Source of the DNA: an uncultured Planctomycetota bacterium
Lineage (GTDB): Bacteria; Planctomycetota; Planctomycetia; Gemmatales; Gemmataceae
Direction of reading: 5' to 3'
Length of the DNA stretch: 64,000 bases
Assembly: GCA_963849325.1 (NCBI GenBank)
Contig: CAWKHF010000012.1
Location: forward strand, 1,216,001 to 1,280,000
Shown here: positions 24,499 through 34,578 of the stretch, piece by piece
Layout: each line of letters starts with the position of its first letter
Position numbering within the stretch: the first letter of the stretch is position 1
The notes under the pieces: generated by a model
What the model saw: the letters and a program-made list of their open reading frames with translations, nothing else
Database searches by the model: none
What the model was told of the DNA's origin: nothing
Translations under genes and position numbers: made by a program

Positions 24499-25691
24499 AG
24501 ACAAACGACCCCGTTTGCCCCGTTTGCACCTCGGCCGACGCCCGGCCATTCCTGTTGCGCCCGTCGGTCGTGGTCCATCAAAACTTGTTGGTGGACCAGC
24601 CCGAACGAGCGCGCGAGCTAAAACGCGGCGATCTCCGTTTGTACTGCTGTCCCGCCTGCGGCTTCGTGTTCAATGCCGCCTTCGACCCCAGTCGCATCGA
24701 CTACGGCGGCAGCTACGACAATTGTCAGACCTTTTCACCCTTATTCGCCGCATACACCGAGCAGCTGGCGGGTGAATTGCTGCGAGACAAGGGGGTCCGC
24801 AATTGCCGTATTATTGAGATCGGTTGTGGGGAAGGAGCTTTCCTGCGGCGTCTGGTCGAGGGGGAGGGGGCGAACAATCGCGGCTGGGGTTTTGATCCCA
24901 GTTACGCCGGCTCGGACGTGGCCGCTGGCGGTCGGCTCCGCTTCGCACGTCGCTACTACGACGAGCAGTGTACCGACATCGCGGCCGACGTCGTTGTGTG
25001 CCGTCACGTCATCGAACACGTACACGATCCCGTCGGCCTGCTGCGAACCGTGTACCGTGCCCTGGCCGGCTCGCCGTGCCCACGGCTCTTTTTCGAGACC
25101 CCGTGCGTCGATTGGATCCTCGCCAACCAGGTGATCTGGGATTTCTTCTACGAACACTGCTCCTACTTCACCGCCGGCTCGTTGCGGACGGCCTTCGAGC
25201 GCGCCGGCTTCTCGGTCGTCGAAGTCCGCCACGTTTTCGGCGGTCAGTACCTGTGGCTGGAGGCGGTCAAGGGAGACGGTCTGAACACGGCCACGCGCCG
25301 GCCGGGAGAAACGGCCCGGCACGCCGCCGCCTTCGGCGAGATCGAACGAGGTCGGGTCACCGCCTGGACCGAGCGCGTCGAAGGATTGGTGAAGCGCGGC
25401 AAGGTCGCCATCTGGGGCGCCGGCGCCAAGGGCGTCACTTTCGCCAACCTCGTGGACCCCGGACAGCGTCTTCTCGATTGTGTCGTGGACGTCAATCCGC
25501 GCAAGAGCGGACGATACTTGCCCGGAACGGGGCACCCCATTGTCGGCCCGTCGATGCTGGATCGCCGCGACGTCTCGACCGCCCTGGTCCTCAATCCGAA
25601 TTACCGGGCGGAAATCGCCGCGTTGATGGCCAAACAGAAGAGTGATGCGTGCGTCCTCGATCTGATGCAAATGCAAGGGGGTTTGTCATGA
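24495..25691 (+). CDS. Second C-methyltransferase-like class I SAM methyltransferase
   Basis: CPVC...CPAC, EIGCGEG, CRHVIEH, DFFYEHCSYF, WGAGAKGVTF. Confidence 0.85.
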   Translation: MKTNDPVCPVCTSADARPFLLRPSVVVHQNLLVDQPERARELKRGDLRLYCCPACGFVFNAAFDPSRIDYGGSYDNCQTFSPLFAAYTEQLAGELLRDKGVRNCRIIEIGCGEGAFLRRLVEGEGANNRGWGFDPSYAGSDVAAGGRLRFARRYYDEQCTDIAADVVVCRHVIEHVHDPVGLLRTVYRALAGSPCPRLFFETPCVDWILANQVIWDFFYEHCSYFTAGSLRTAFERAGFSVVEVRHVFGGQYLWLEAVKGDGLNTATRRPGETARHAAAFGEIERGRVTAWTERVEGLVKRGKVAIWGAGAKGVTFANLVDPGQRLLDCVVDVNPRKSGRYLPGTGHPIVGPSMLDRRDVSTALVLNPNYRAEIAALMAKQKSDACVLDLMQMQGGLS

Positions 25692-26473
25692 AAATGGTCC
25701 TGGATACGGACGCTCGGACGCTGACGCTCGAAGACGGCGAACGGCGACAGACCGCTCCGCTGTACGGCTGCGAGGCGTTCGCCTGGCTGTCGCGCGAATG
25801 GCTGCGTCTCGGCTGGGAGCTGAAGTACAGTTACCAGTTCTCCTGGCTGGGCCGGCCCATCATCCAGCTGCCGGAAGACCTGATGCGCGTCCAGCACGCC
25901 ATCCACCATCTCCGCCCCGACGTGATCGTGGAAACCGGCATCGCCCATGGCGGTTCGCTGATCTTTTACGCCAGCCTGTGCCAGCTCCTCGGCAAGGGGC
26001 GCGTGATCGGAGTGGACCTGACCATCCATCCCCACAACCGACAAGCCATCGAGGGCCACGAGCTGGCCCCGCGCATCACGCTGGTGGAGGGCGATGCCGT
26101 GCATCCGGCCGTGGTCGCCAAGGTCCGCGCCCTCATTCACCCCGGTGAGACGGTGCTGGTGCTGCTCGATTCCAATCACTGCCGCGAGCACGTCCGGAAG
26201 GAACTGGAAGCGTACAGCCCGATGGTGACGCCCGGTTCGTACATCGTGGCGACCGACGGCGTCATGAAGGACCTGGCGGACCTGCCGCGTGGGCAGGCCG
26301 ACTGGACCTGGAACAATCCCAACGCCGCCGCCGCGGAGTTCCTGCAGGGCCATCCCGACTTCGTCCACGAAGATCCGATCGGTCCTTTCGTGGAGACGCC
26401 GATCCGCGCGCCGATCACCTACTGGCCCGGCGGTTGGCTGCGTCGTGTGGTGCCGGCGGCTGCGGCGGCCTGA
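25688..26473 (+). CDS. CmcI-family (cephalosporin hydroxylase-like / sugar O-methyltransferase) protein
   Basis: YSYQFSWLGRPIIQLPED, IVETGIAHGGSL, VLLDSNH, GSYIVATDG, NNP. Confidence 0.88.
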   Translation: MKMVLDTDARTLTLEDGERRQTAPLYGCEAFAWLSREWLRLGWELKYSYQFSWLGRPIIQLPEDLMRVQHAIHHLRPDVIVETGIAHGGSLIFYASLCQLLGKGRVIGVDLTIHPHNRQAIEGHELAPRITLVEGDAVHPAVVAKVRALIHPGETVLVLLDSNHCREHVRKELEAYSPMVTPGSYIVATDGVMKDLADLPRGQADWTWNNPNAAAAEFLQGHPDFVHEDPIGPFVETPIRAPITYWPGGWLRRVVPAAAAA

Positions 26474-26608
26474 GCGCTGCGTGCGGCCAGGGCCGCTCTT
26501 GCCGCTGGCGCGATCATTGTGTTATGGGATGGTCCGGTCAGGGAGGCGCCGCATCCGATGGCAGGATAGTTCCGCGGCCCCCAGTCAACGCCCTGGAGGG
26601 ACTCAGCC

Positions 26609-28030
26609 ATGTCCGCTCCCCGCTTCAGCATCGTCATCCCCACGCGGAACCGGGCCGCAACGCTGGCTTTCACGCTGCAAACCTGCCGGTCCCAGGCGTT
26701 CGAGGACTTTGAGGTTATCGTCAGCGATAACGACAGTCCGCCACAGACGCGCGCGGTCGTGGAAGCTTGCGCCGACAAGCGCGTCAAGTACGTGCGGACG
26801 CCGGCGCCTCTGGCAATGACCGATAGCTGGGAGTTCGCCTGCGAGCAGGCCAGCGGCGAGTTCGTCACCGTCATCGGCGACGACGACGGTTATCTCCTTC
26901 ACGCCCTGACGGAGATCGATCGCCTGTTGCGCCTGGTGGACGCGCGGGTGTTGCGCTGGGACTCGGTCCTCTACAACTGGCCGGACCTCGCCCGGCAGCA
27001 GTACGCCCAGCCCAATGGCCTGCTCATCCCGCTGCGAATGGAGAAGGCCCACCATGCCATTCGCGCGGTCGATGCCGCTGAGGTGGTCCCATTGGCCGCC
27101 AATTCGCAGCTCAATTATGCCGAATTGCCGATGATTTATTGTTCGGCGGTCCATCAAGACATTCTTCGGCAGCTCCGCCAGAAGACCGGCCGAGTCTTCA
27201 AGGGCCGGACCCCCGACATTTACAGTGCGTTCGCCATCGCCTGGATGGCGGGCACTTACCACACGGTCAATGCCCCCCTCAACATCGCCGGCCTTTCGGG
27301 GAAAAGCACCGGGGTCGCTCACCTGTTCGTCAAGGACCGCAATGCGGTGGACGAGGACTTTCGCACGCTCAACGATCGGGCGGGGCACTCCGTGCATCCC
27401 ATCGTTCCCGACCTGCCGCGGCTCCCCGCACTCGTCGCCGATGCCTTCCTGCATGCCCAAGACGCGCTCGGTTCGGCCGATCCCGCGTCCGTCCTCGATC
27501 GCAAACAACTGATCGCCAACTGTCTGCGCGAAACGGAAGCGGAAGGGGAATGGAAGCAGGTACTCGCGGTCTGCCGGCTCTCCCTGGCCGATGACGCCGA
27601 GCTGCTGACCTGGTTCGACTCCACCTACGGCGACCAGCCCTTTGACGCGCTCCCTCGGACGACGCGACGGCAGGTCGAGAAGCGTTACGGCGGCACCTAT
27701 CTCAACCTCGACGCCTCGGAATTCGGTGTCAGCGACGTTGCCAGCGCCGCCGTGCTGTGCGAGAAGCTGCTCGGTTACCAGCGCGACGGCGTGAACGCCA
27801 GCCTGCGGACGACGGCCGAAGCCGTGTCGCCGCTGTCGGAATTGCAAGAAAAAGAGGCGATGATTCAGCTTCTTGACCGGACGTGCCGGGAGCGGCTCGC
27901 CGTCATCGAACAGCTTACGGCTCAGGTGGAGGCACTGGAGTCCCAACGAGCCGTTCCGCCCCCAACGCCGACTCGGTTCCGCGATGTGCTGCGCCGCATC
28001 CTTCGTCGCGGGGCGCGGAAGGCGGCCTGA
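26609..28030 (+). CDS. Glycosyltransferase family 2 with C-terminal coiled coil
   Basis: SIVIPTRNR, IVSDN, IGDDDG; coiled coil and basic helix at the C-terminus. Confidence 0.88.
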   Translation: MSAPRFSIVIPTRNRAATLAFTLQTCRSQAFEDFEVIVSDNDSPPQTRAVVEACADKRVKYVRTPAPLAMTDSWEFACEQASGEFVTVIGDDDGYLLHALTEIDRLLRLVDARVLRWDSVLYNWPDLARQQYAQPNGLLIPLRMEKAHHAIRAVDAAEVVPLAANSQLNYAELPMIYCSAVHQDILRQLRQKTGRVFKGRTPDIYSAFAIAWMAGTYHTVNAPLNIAGLSGKSTGVAHLFVKDRNAVDEDFRTLNDRAGHSVHPIVPDLPRLPALVADAFLHAQDALGSADPASVLDRKQLIANCLRETEAEGEWKQVLAVCRLSLADDAELLTWFDSTYGDQPFDALPRTTRRQVEKRYGGTYLNLDASEFGVSDVASAAVLCEKLLGYQRDGVNASLRTTAEAVSPLSELQEKEAMIQLLDRTCRERLAVIEQLTAQVEALESQRAVPPPTPTRFRDVLRRILRRGARKAA

Positions 28031-28081
28031 AGTTGTTCGGAGCGTGAGAGGTTGTCCCGAGATCCTCTGTTGCGGTCTGTC

Positions 28082-28111
28082 TTGACCCCTTTGTTCGCAT
28101 CTTGCTATAGT
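28082..28111 (+). promoter_or_regulatory. Putative sigma70 promoter
   Basis: TTGACC-18 bp-TATAGT with TG extended -10. Confidence 0.5.
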
Positions 28112-28258
28112 CCCGCCGACGGACGCACCTCGCCGCGACGCACACCTCCTCGAACGAACGGAACGGGACGACCTTGTGATGACACGCCGATCGCCGTGCG
28201 CGAGTGAAGTATTCGCCTCCTTCGAGGGAGGACTGGTCCCTGGAGGCACGAGAGAATC

Positions 28259-30268
28259 ATGACGAACGCCTTGCCGCCTCGCCAGGATAACTCCTCGGTC
28301 CTCCAACCGCGCCGCGCCTCCGGTGCGCTGCGAATCGGGGTGAACCTCGTCGCGCTGAACAGCAACGGCGGCGGCATGCGCCAGTACGTCCTCCAGCTGT
28401 TGCCGTGGATGCTCCGCCAATCGGAACATCATCTCGTCCTCTTCTATCACTGGCGTAGCCAACCGACGATCGCTATTCTCTTGCGCCGCCTGCGACCGTC
28501 CGAACGCAACCGCGTTCGCTGCGTATTCATCGTCGATCAGGACGAAATCTTCGGCCACGCGGACGACTTCGACGTCTATTTCTGTCCGCTCAACTGCCTG
28601 GCGCCGGACCTGCTCGACCGGCCGACGCTGGCCATGCTCCCCGACATCCAAGACCACTTTTTCCCGCACTACTTCAGCGAGGAGCAGCGGTCGTTGCGCG
28701 ACTATTTCTACCCGCAGCGCTGCCGGGCCGTGACCACGTTGCTGACCATCTCGCAGTTTTCGCGGCAGACGATTTGCGACGCCTTCGAGCTGCCGCCGGA
28801 GAAGGTCCGCGCCATCCACCTCGCCGCCAACGACGAAGTCCGCGAGGCCCGGCCGGAGTGGCCCGACGCCCTGGGCGATCTGCCGGGGCGATTCCTCTTC
28901 TACCCGGCCAACCTGTATCCGCACAAGAACCACAAAGCCCTGCTCGACGCCGTGCGTCTGCTCAAGGAGCGCGGCCTCGACTGTGCTTGCCTGATGACGG
29001 GCCAGCCCTCCCAGCCGGGCATCGATATCGACGCGGAGATCCGCGCTCGCGGCTTGCAAGAGCAGGCCCGCTGGCTCGGCCACGTCAGCGCCGGCGCCTT
29101 GCGCCATCTCTACGAGAATGCCGTGGCCCTGTGTTTCCCCAGCGAGTTCGAGGGGTTCGGCATGCCGCTGGTCGAGGCGATGGAGTGCGGCTGTCCGGTC
29201 ATCGCCACGCCGGCGGCCTGCATCCCGGAGATCGTCGGCGACGCGGCGATGCTGATCGACGGCACGCCGGAGGCGCTGGCCGACGCCGTCGCCCGGCTGC
29301 TGCGCGACCGCGAAGCGCGGCGCGATCTGATCGCACGGGGGCGGGCTCGCGCTCGCCGTTTCCATCCGAGCCGTCTCGCTCAGGAAACGCTGGAAGCCAT
29401 CGAGGAAGCCGTGGTCCGCTTCTGGGAGCCGCCCTCCTCGTCCCGCGAGGCGCAGGCGATCACCTACGTCGTCCATCCCCGCGCGGGAGGCCGGGACCTG
29501 ATCGAGACGCTGAGCAGCCTGGCCTTCGAGGTGCGCGATCACGACGAGATCCTGGTCCTGGCGGAGCGCGACTCCCTGATGATGGACGCTCGAATCCTGT
29601 GCGAGAACTTGCGGATCGTCCGCTTCCTTCCACCGGACGCCTGGCTCGATGAAGTACACCATGACTACCTCTTTTATCTGCAAGAGGGCGGCCGGATCAG
29701 CGAAGGAGCGACGCAAGCGGCCCTGGCCGAGTTCGCCGAGGACTCCGACTGCCAGGCGGTGGTCGGTGAAGTGCTGGGACGCGACGACGGCGAGAAACTC
29801 GCACGAGTCGCCTATATGCCCCCACAGATGGATCGGCCTGGCCGGGTGGCGGCCACTGCCGGGAGAGACGCGGTCTCGTGGCGTGTCGAGGTTCGAGGCC
29901 AAATGCAGGAACCGCCTGCCGCGGCCGTCTTCTGGCGCACGGCTCATCTGCGGCGGCAGCGCCGCCTGCTGGCCGAAATGTCGTGGCCGATCCGGGCGCT
30001 GGAGATGGCCGAGGCGCAGGTGCGGGTGTGTTCGCGCACCTTCGCCAGCATCGCCGCTCCGTACACGATGCTCCGTCTCCGTGGACGGATACGCCCGATG
30101 ATGCGGCGTGTCGCCTTGGCGGTGCGTTGGTTGCCGCATCGGCTGCGTTCCCATCTGGGCCAATGGACCCGGAAACTGGGGTTGCGTCCGGAACGTCCCG
30201 TGCTGCCGACGACCGTTCGCCTGGCCGCCAGTTGGCGGACGGCCGACTCAACCGCGAAAGGGAGATGA
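28259..30268 (+). CDS. GT4 glycosyltransferase with a degenerate C-terminal GT-A-like extension
   Basis: TISQFSR, YPANLYPHKNH, FPSEFEGFGMPLVEAMECGCPV. Confidence 0.88.
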   Translation: MTNALPPRQDNSSVLQPRRASGALRIGVNLVALNSNGGGMRQYVLQLLPWMLRQSEHHLVLFYHWRSQPTIAILLRRLRPSERNRVRCVFIVDQDEIFGHADDFDVYFCPLNCLAPDLLDRPTLAMLPDIQDHFFPHYFSEEQRSLRDYFYPQRCRAVTTLLTISQFSRQTICDAFELPPEKVRAIHLAANDEVREARPEWPDALGDLPGRFLFYPANLYPHKNHKALLDAVRLLKERGLDCACLMTGQPSQPGIDIDAEIRARGLQEQARWLGHVSAGALRHLYENAVALCFPSEFEGFGMPLVEAMECGCPVIATPAACIPEIVGDAAMLIDGTPEALADAVARLLRDREARRDLIARGRARARRFHPSRLAQETLEAIEEAVVRFWEPPSSSREAQAITYVVHPRAGGRDLIETLSSLAFEVRDHDEILVLAERDSLMMDARILCENLRIVRFLPPDAWLDEVHHDYLFYLQEGGRISEGATQAALAEFAEDSDCQAVVGEVLGRDDGEKLARVAYMPPQMDRPGRVAATAGRDAVSWRVEVRGQMQEPPAAAVFWRTAHLRRQRRLLAEMSWPIRALEMAEAQVRVCSRTFASIAAPYTMLRLRGRIRPMMRRVALAVRWLPHRLRSHLGQWTRKLGLRPERPVLPTTVRLAASWRTADSTAKGR

Positions 30269-31192
30269 TGTCCTCGGCGGACCCGAAAGTCGCGGTCGTC
30301 GTTCCGGTGCATGGGCGGCTGCCCCTGACGATACGGTTCCTCGAATCGTTTCGGCAGGTCGCGTACCGCAACGCCGTGGTGGTCCTCATCGACGACCGCT
30401 CGCCGGACGACACGGCCGACCACCTGGCCCGCCATTTCCCCGAGGTGAAAGTCCTGCAAGGCGATGGCAAACTGTGGTGGGCGGGCGGCACTAACAAGGG
30501 CGTGCGCTACGCGCTGGCTCGCCGCTTCCCCTACGTCCTGACCATCAACAACGACGCGATCGTCCATCCCGACTTCCTGGGCCGACTGGTCGAGACGGCG
30601 GAGGCGCACCCCGGCAGCATCGTCGGCAGCCGCATCAATTTCCTCGATGATCCCGGCAAAGTCTGGGCGATCGGCGGCTACACCAACTGGGAGGTCCATT
30701 TCATCCTCAACCTGTTCGACAACGACGTTGCCGAGGAGGACGTGCTGGAGCGGCGAAGCCACCCGTGGCCGGCGGAGTTTCTGACCGGCTGCGGCACCCT
30801 CGTTCCCACCGGCTGTTATCGCAAGATCGGACTCTATGACGAGCGCATGTGTCCGCAATATCATGCCGACTCGGAATTCACGCTGCGGGCCGGCAGCAAC
30901 GGCTATCGCATCCTGGTCGATCTGCGCGGTGGTTTACAACGACGTGCCGCACACCTGCCGCTTGCGACACCTGCTGGTGCGGCGCTCGCCCTTCTTCTGG
31001 AAGCCGATGCTCGCCCTGCACCTGCGCTACTGCCCGACGCGGCACCGGCTCAAGTCGCTGTGCCGGCAGTACGGCGAGACCGTGGTGGATCAGTTGTATC
31101 CGGCGCTGCCCGGCGACGGCGATCCGCCGTTCATCCGACTGCGAAAGGTGATGCAGCGCCTCAAGCGCCGCCTCCTGCGGCGCACGGCGTAA
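30265..31192 (+). CDS. Glycosyltransferase family 2 (WbbL-like; frameshift near 30925)
   Basis: VVVPVHGR, IDDRSPDDT, LWWAGGTN, TINNDA, GCGTLV, YHADSEF. Confidence 0.85.
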
Positions 31193-31250
31193 ATGCTTTT
31201 ATTCCAAGAAACGACCTGTCCCATCGAAAGTGAGATTGGAGAAGAGAAAG

Positions 31251-32208
<958 letters not shown>

Positions 32209-32289
32209 GCGAAGTCCGCCGTGATTTCGCCGGAGTGGAGAGGGATCGTCAACGGCTGGCGAAGCCGAGCCTGGACGTGGAGAAAGCGA

Positions 32290-34578
32290 ATGAGCCGACC
32301 GGATGGTGTCGAGGAACGAGAAGTGTCCGAGCCGCAACAGGACGAAACGCCGCGCTTGCGTCGGCGGAACGCATTCGCCTGGGCGGCGATCGCCGCCACG
32401 ATCGTGCTTCAGTACGGTCTGTTCCGCGAGTTCGCCCTGCGGGAGGTCGTCTGGGCCTATCCCGCCGCGCACGATCAGACGCAGTTCCTCACCGACAGCT
32501 ATGACATCTATGAGCAGATCCTGGATAAAGGTCTCGTCCACGGCCTGGGATACGCCCTGCATCTACCGGTGCCCCAGGGAATCATCCTGCACGTCCAGGC
32601 CAGTTTGTTCTACCTGGTGATGGGTCCGGGCCGTCTGAGCGCGCTGACGTTGAACTTCTTGTATTTCGCCTTGCTGCAAGCGGTACTGGTGTGGACACTT
32701 CGCTGGCTGTCCGGGCGATGGTCGATGGCCCTGGCCGGGCTGGGGCTACTCTTGTGCGCCTTGACGCCGTTCTTCTGGGCCGGCGGGTTGATGGACTTCC
32801 GCGCCGACTTCGCGGCCATGTGCCTGTTCGGCGTGCTCTTGTGTCTGGCGATCCGTTCCGGTCTGTTTGTCTCCCGGCCCTGGTCCGCCGTCGTCGCCGC
32901 CGCTGCCGCTTACCTCATCCTTTTCCGCATCATCACCGTCGTCTTCCTCGGCGGCATCCTGGGCCTGTTCGTCGCTTTCCTCGTGGTCCGGCTGTGCTGG
33001 CTCCGACGCGACGCCGGTCTGCGGCGAACGGAATGGCGGCGGCTCGCCAACATCGTCCTGGCCAGCGCGATCGTGGGCCTCCTGACGGTGCCTGTCCTCT
33101 GGCAGCAGCGACACCTCCTCAAAAGTTATTACATCAAGGGCCACGGCGCCAGTGAGGAGTCGAGGATCCGCATGCTGGAGACCGGACGCGCCCTGGGGTA
33201 CTATCCTCCGGTCTTGTTGCGCGAGCAGGCGGGACCAGTGTTCGTGAAGCTCGCCGTGCTGGCCCTTCTGTCGGCGGCCCTGCTCAGCTGGCTCCGGCGT
33301 AGCGCTCCGACACGGGCCGGAGAGGAGGGCGGAGGACCGATCCGGCGGTACCGATGGGCCTGGATAGCGGTCCTCGCGGCCGGGATACTGGCCTATCTCG
33401 CCGTCAACGCCACCGAAGACGATACGCCGAGGATGTGGTGGAGCAGCGCGTCGCTGGTCCTGGTCGCCCTGGGACTGGGCCTGTCCCGGCGCTGGGGCCG
33501 CGGCCGAACCGCCACCGTCGGATCGCTGCCGGCAGGGCCGGTCTTTGTATTCCTGGCGCTGTCTTTCGTTCTTCCGGTGGTGGTCCTGACCATTGACCTG
33601 CATCGTTCGCCGGTGGTCGTCAGCGTGGCGATCCCGCCTTTGCTCTTGTTGGTGTTCGCCGCGGTCGCCTGGTTCGCCGGGATCGGCCCGCGAGAGGAAA
33701 GACCACTGCCGGAGGCCGGTCTGCGGGCCTTGGCGGCGGTCGCGGTTATGACCGCCGGCTGGCTGCAACTATCGCAATACTCCCAGCGCTGGAAGATGAC
33801 GCGGAATCGGCAGGACGTGGAGGAAGTGATCCGGCTGCACGATGCCATTGGCACGGCCTGCCAGGAGTACGATATCCGCGCCCCGATGGTGGCGCTGACG
33901 ACCAATCCCGATTACCTGCCGGGACGCATCACTTCCGTGCTCAATTACGAGCGTCAGGGAGTATTTCGCCATATCTCCTCGATCCTCGGAGGGCATTACA
34001 ACGTCACCGAAGCGGAGGCGATGCTGGCGGTACAGCGCTGTAACTTCGCCATCATCACTCGTCCCGACACGGTGACGACGCCCTTCGGTCAGAGCATGTT
34101 GAAATGGATGCCTCAGCTGCGCCAGTACTGCGATCAGCACCTGGTGCGACTCGGCCGCTTCCACATCTTCGGCGACGACGTCCTGCTGTACGTGCGCAAG
34201 CTGTGGACGGAGGGAGACAATGGCGGCTGGATCACCAGTGCCGGCTTCAAGATCAAGGCTCCCGGCTGCGAGCTGCGCTCCGGCAAGGTGCAGCTGTGGG
34301 GAAAGATGATGGGACCCTGGCAGGATGGACTTCCGCTGCCCCGAGCTATGCTCTCGATCTCCGGTCAGTCGCCGCGGATGCTGCCGGCGAAGATCGCCTT
34401 GGAAGGCTCGCTTTACGTACTCACCGTCGATTGCACCAACGCGGTCGTTTCCTCTGATGCCGACGCCGAGCTGCACCTGACCTTCGACCGGCATTTTGTG
34501 CCCAAGGAGCGCGGGATCAACGAGGACACCCGCAAACTGGTGCTGCCAACGCCAATGGAGGTCTTGATTGTACCTTAG
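32290..34578 (+). CDS. Polytopic membrane protein, probable GT-C-fold glycosyltransferase
   Basis: More than 10 hydrophobic segments; YPAAHDQT after TM1; DFRADF motif; soluble C-terminal domain. Confidence 0.6.
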   Translation: MSRPDGVEEREVSEPQQDETPRLRRRNAFAWAAIAATIVLQYGLFREFALREVVWAYPAAHDQTQFLTDSYDIYEQILDKGLVHGLGYALHLPVPQGIILHVQASLFYLVMGPGRLSALTLNFLYFALLQAVLVWTLRWLSGRWSMALAGLGLLLCALTPFFWAGGLMDFRADFAAMCLFGVLLCLAIRSGLFVSRPWSAVVAAAAAYLILFRIITVVFLGGILGLFVAFLVVRLCWLRRDAGLRRTEWRRLANIVLASAIVGLLTVPVLWQQRHLLKSYYIKGHGASEESRIRMLETGRALGYYPPVLLREQAGPVFVKLAVLALLSAALLSWLRRSAPTRAGEEGGGPIRRYRWAWIAVLAAGILAYLAVNATEDDTPRMWWSSASLVLVALGLGLSRRWGRGRTATVGSLPAGPVFVFLALSFVLPVVVLTIDLHRSPVVVSVAIPPLLLLVFAAVAWFAGIGPREERPLPEAGLRALAAVAVMTAGWLQLSQYSQRWKMTRNRQDVEEVIRLHDAIGTACQEYDIRAPMVALTTNPDYLPGRITSVLNYERQGVFRHISSILGGHYNVTEAEAMLAVQRCNFAIITRPDTVTTPFGQSMLKWMPQLRQYCDQHLVRLGRFHIFGDDVLLYVRKLWTEGDNGGWITSAGFKIKAPGCELRSGKVQLWGKMMGPWQDGLPLPRAMLSISGQSPRMLPAKIALEGSLYVLTVDCTNAVVSSDADAELHLTFDRHFVPKERGINEDTRKLVLPTPMEVLIVP

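Noticed and set aside
26603-30163. 1186-aa ORF on the minus strand
   Set aside because: Antisense shadow of clear GT2/GT4 genes in GC-rich DNA; no recognisable motifs
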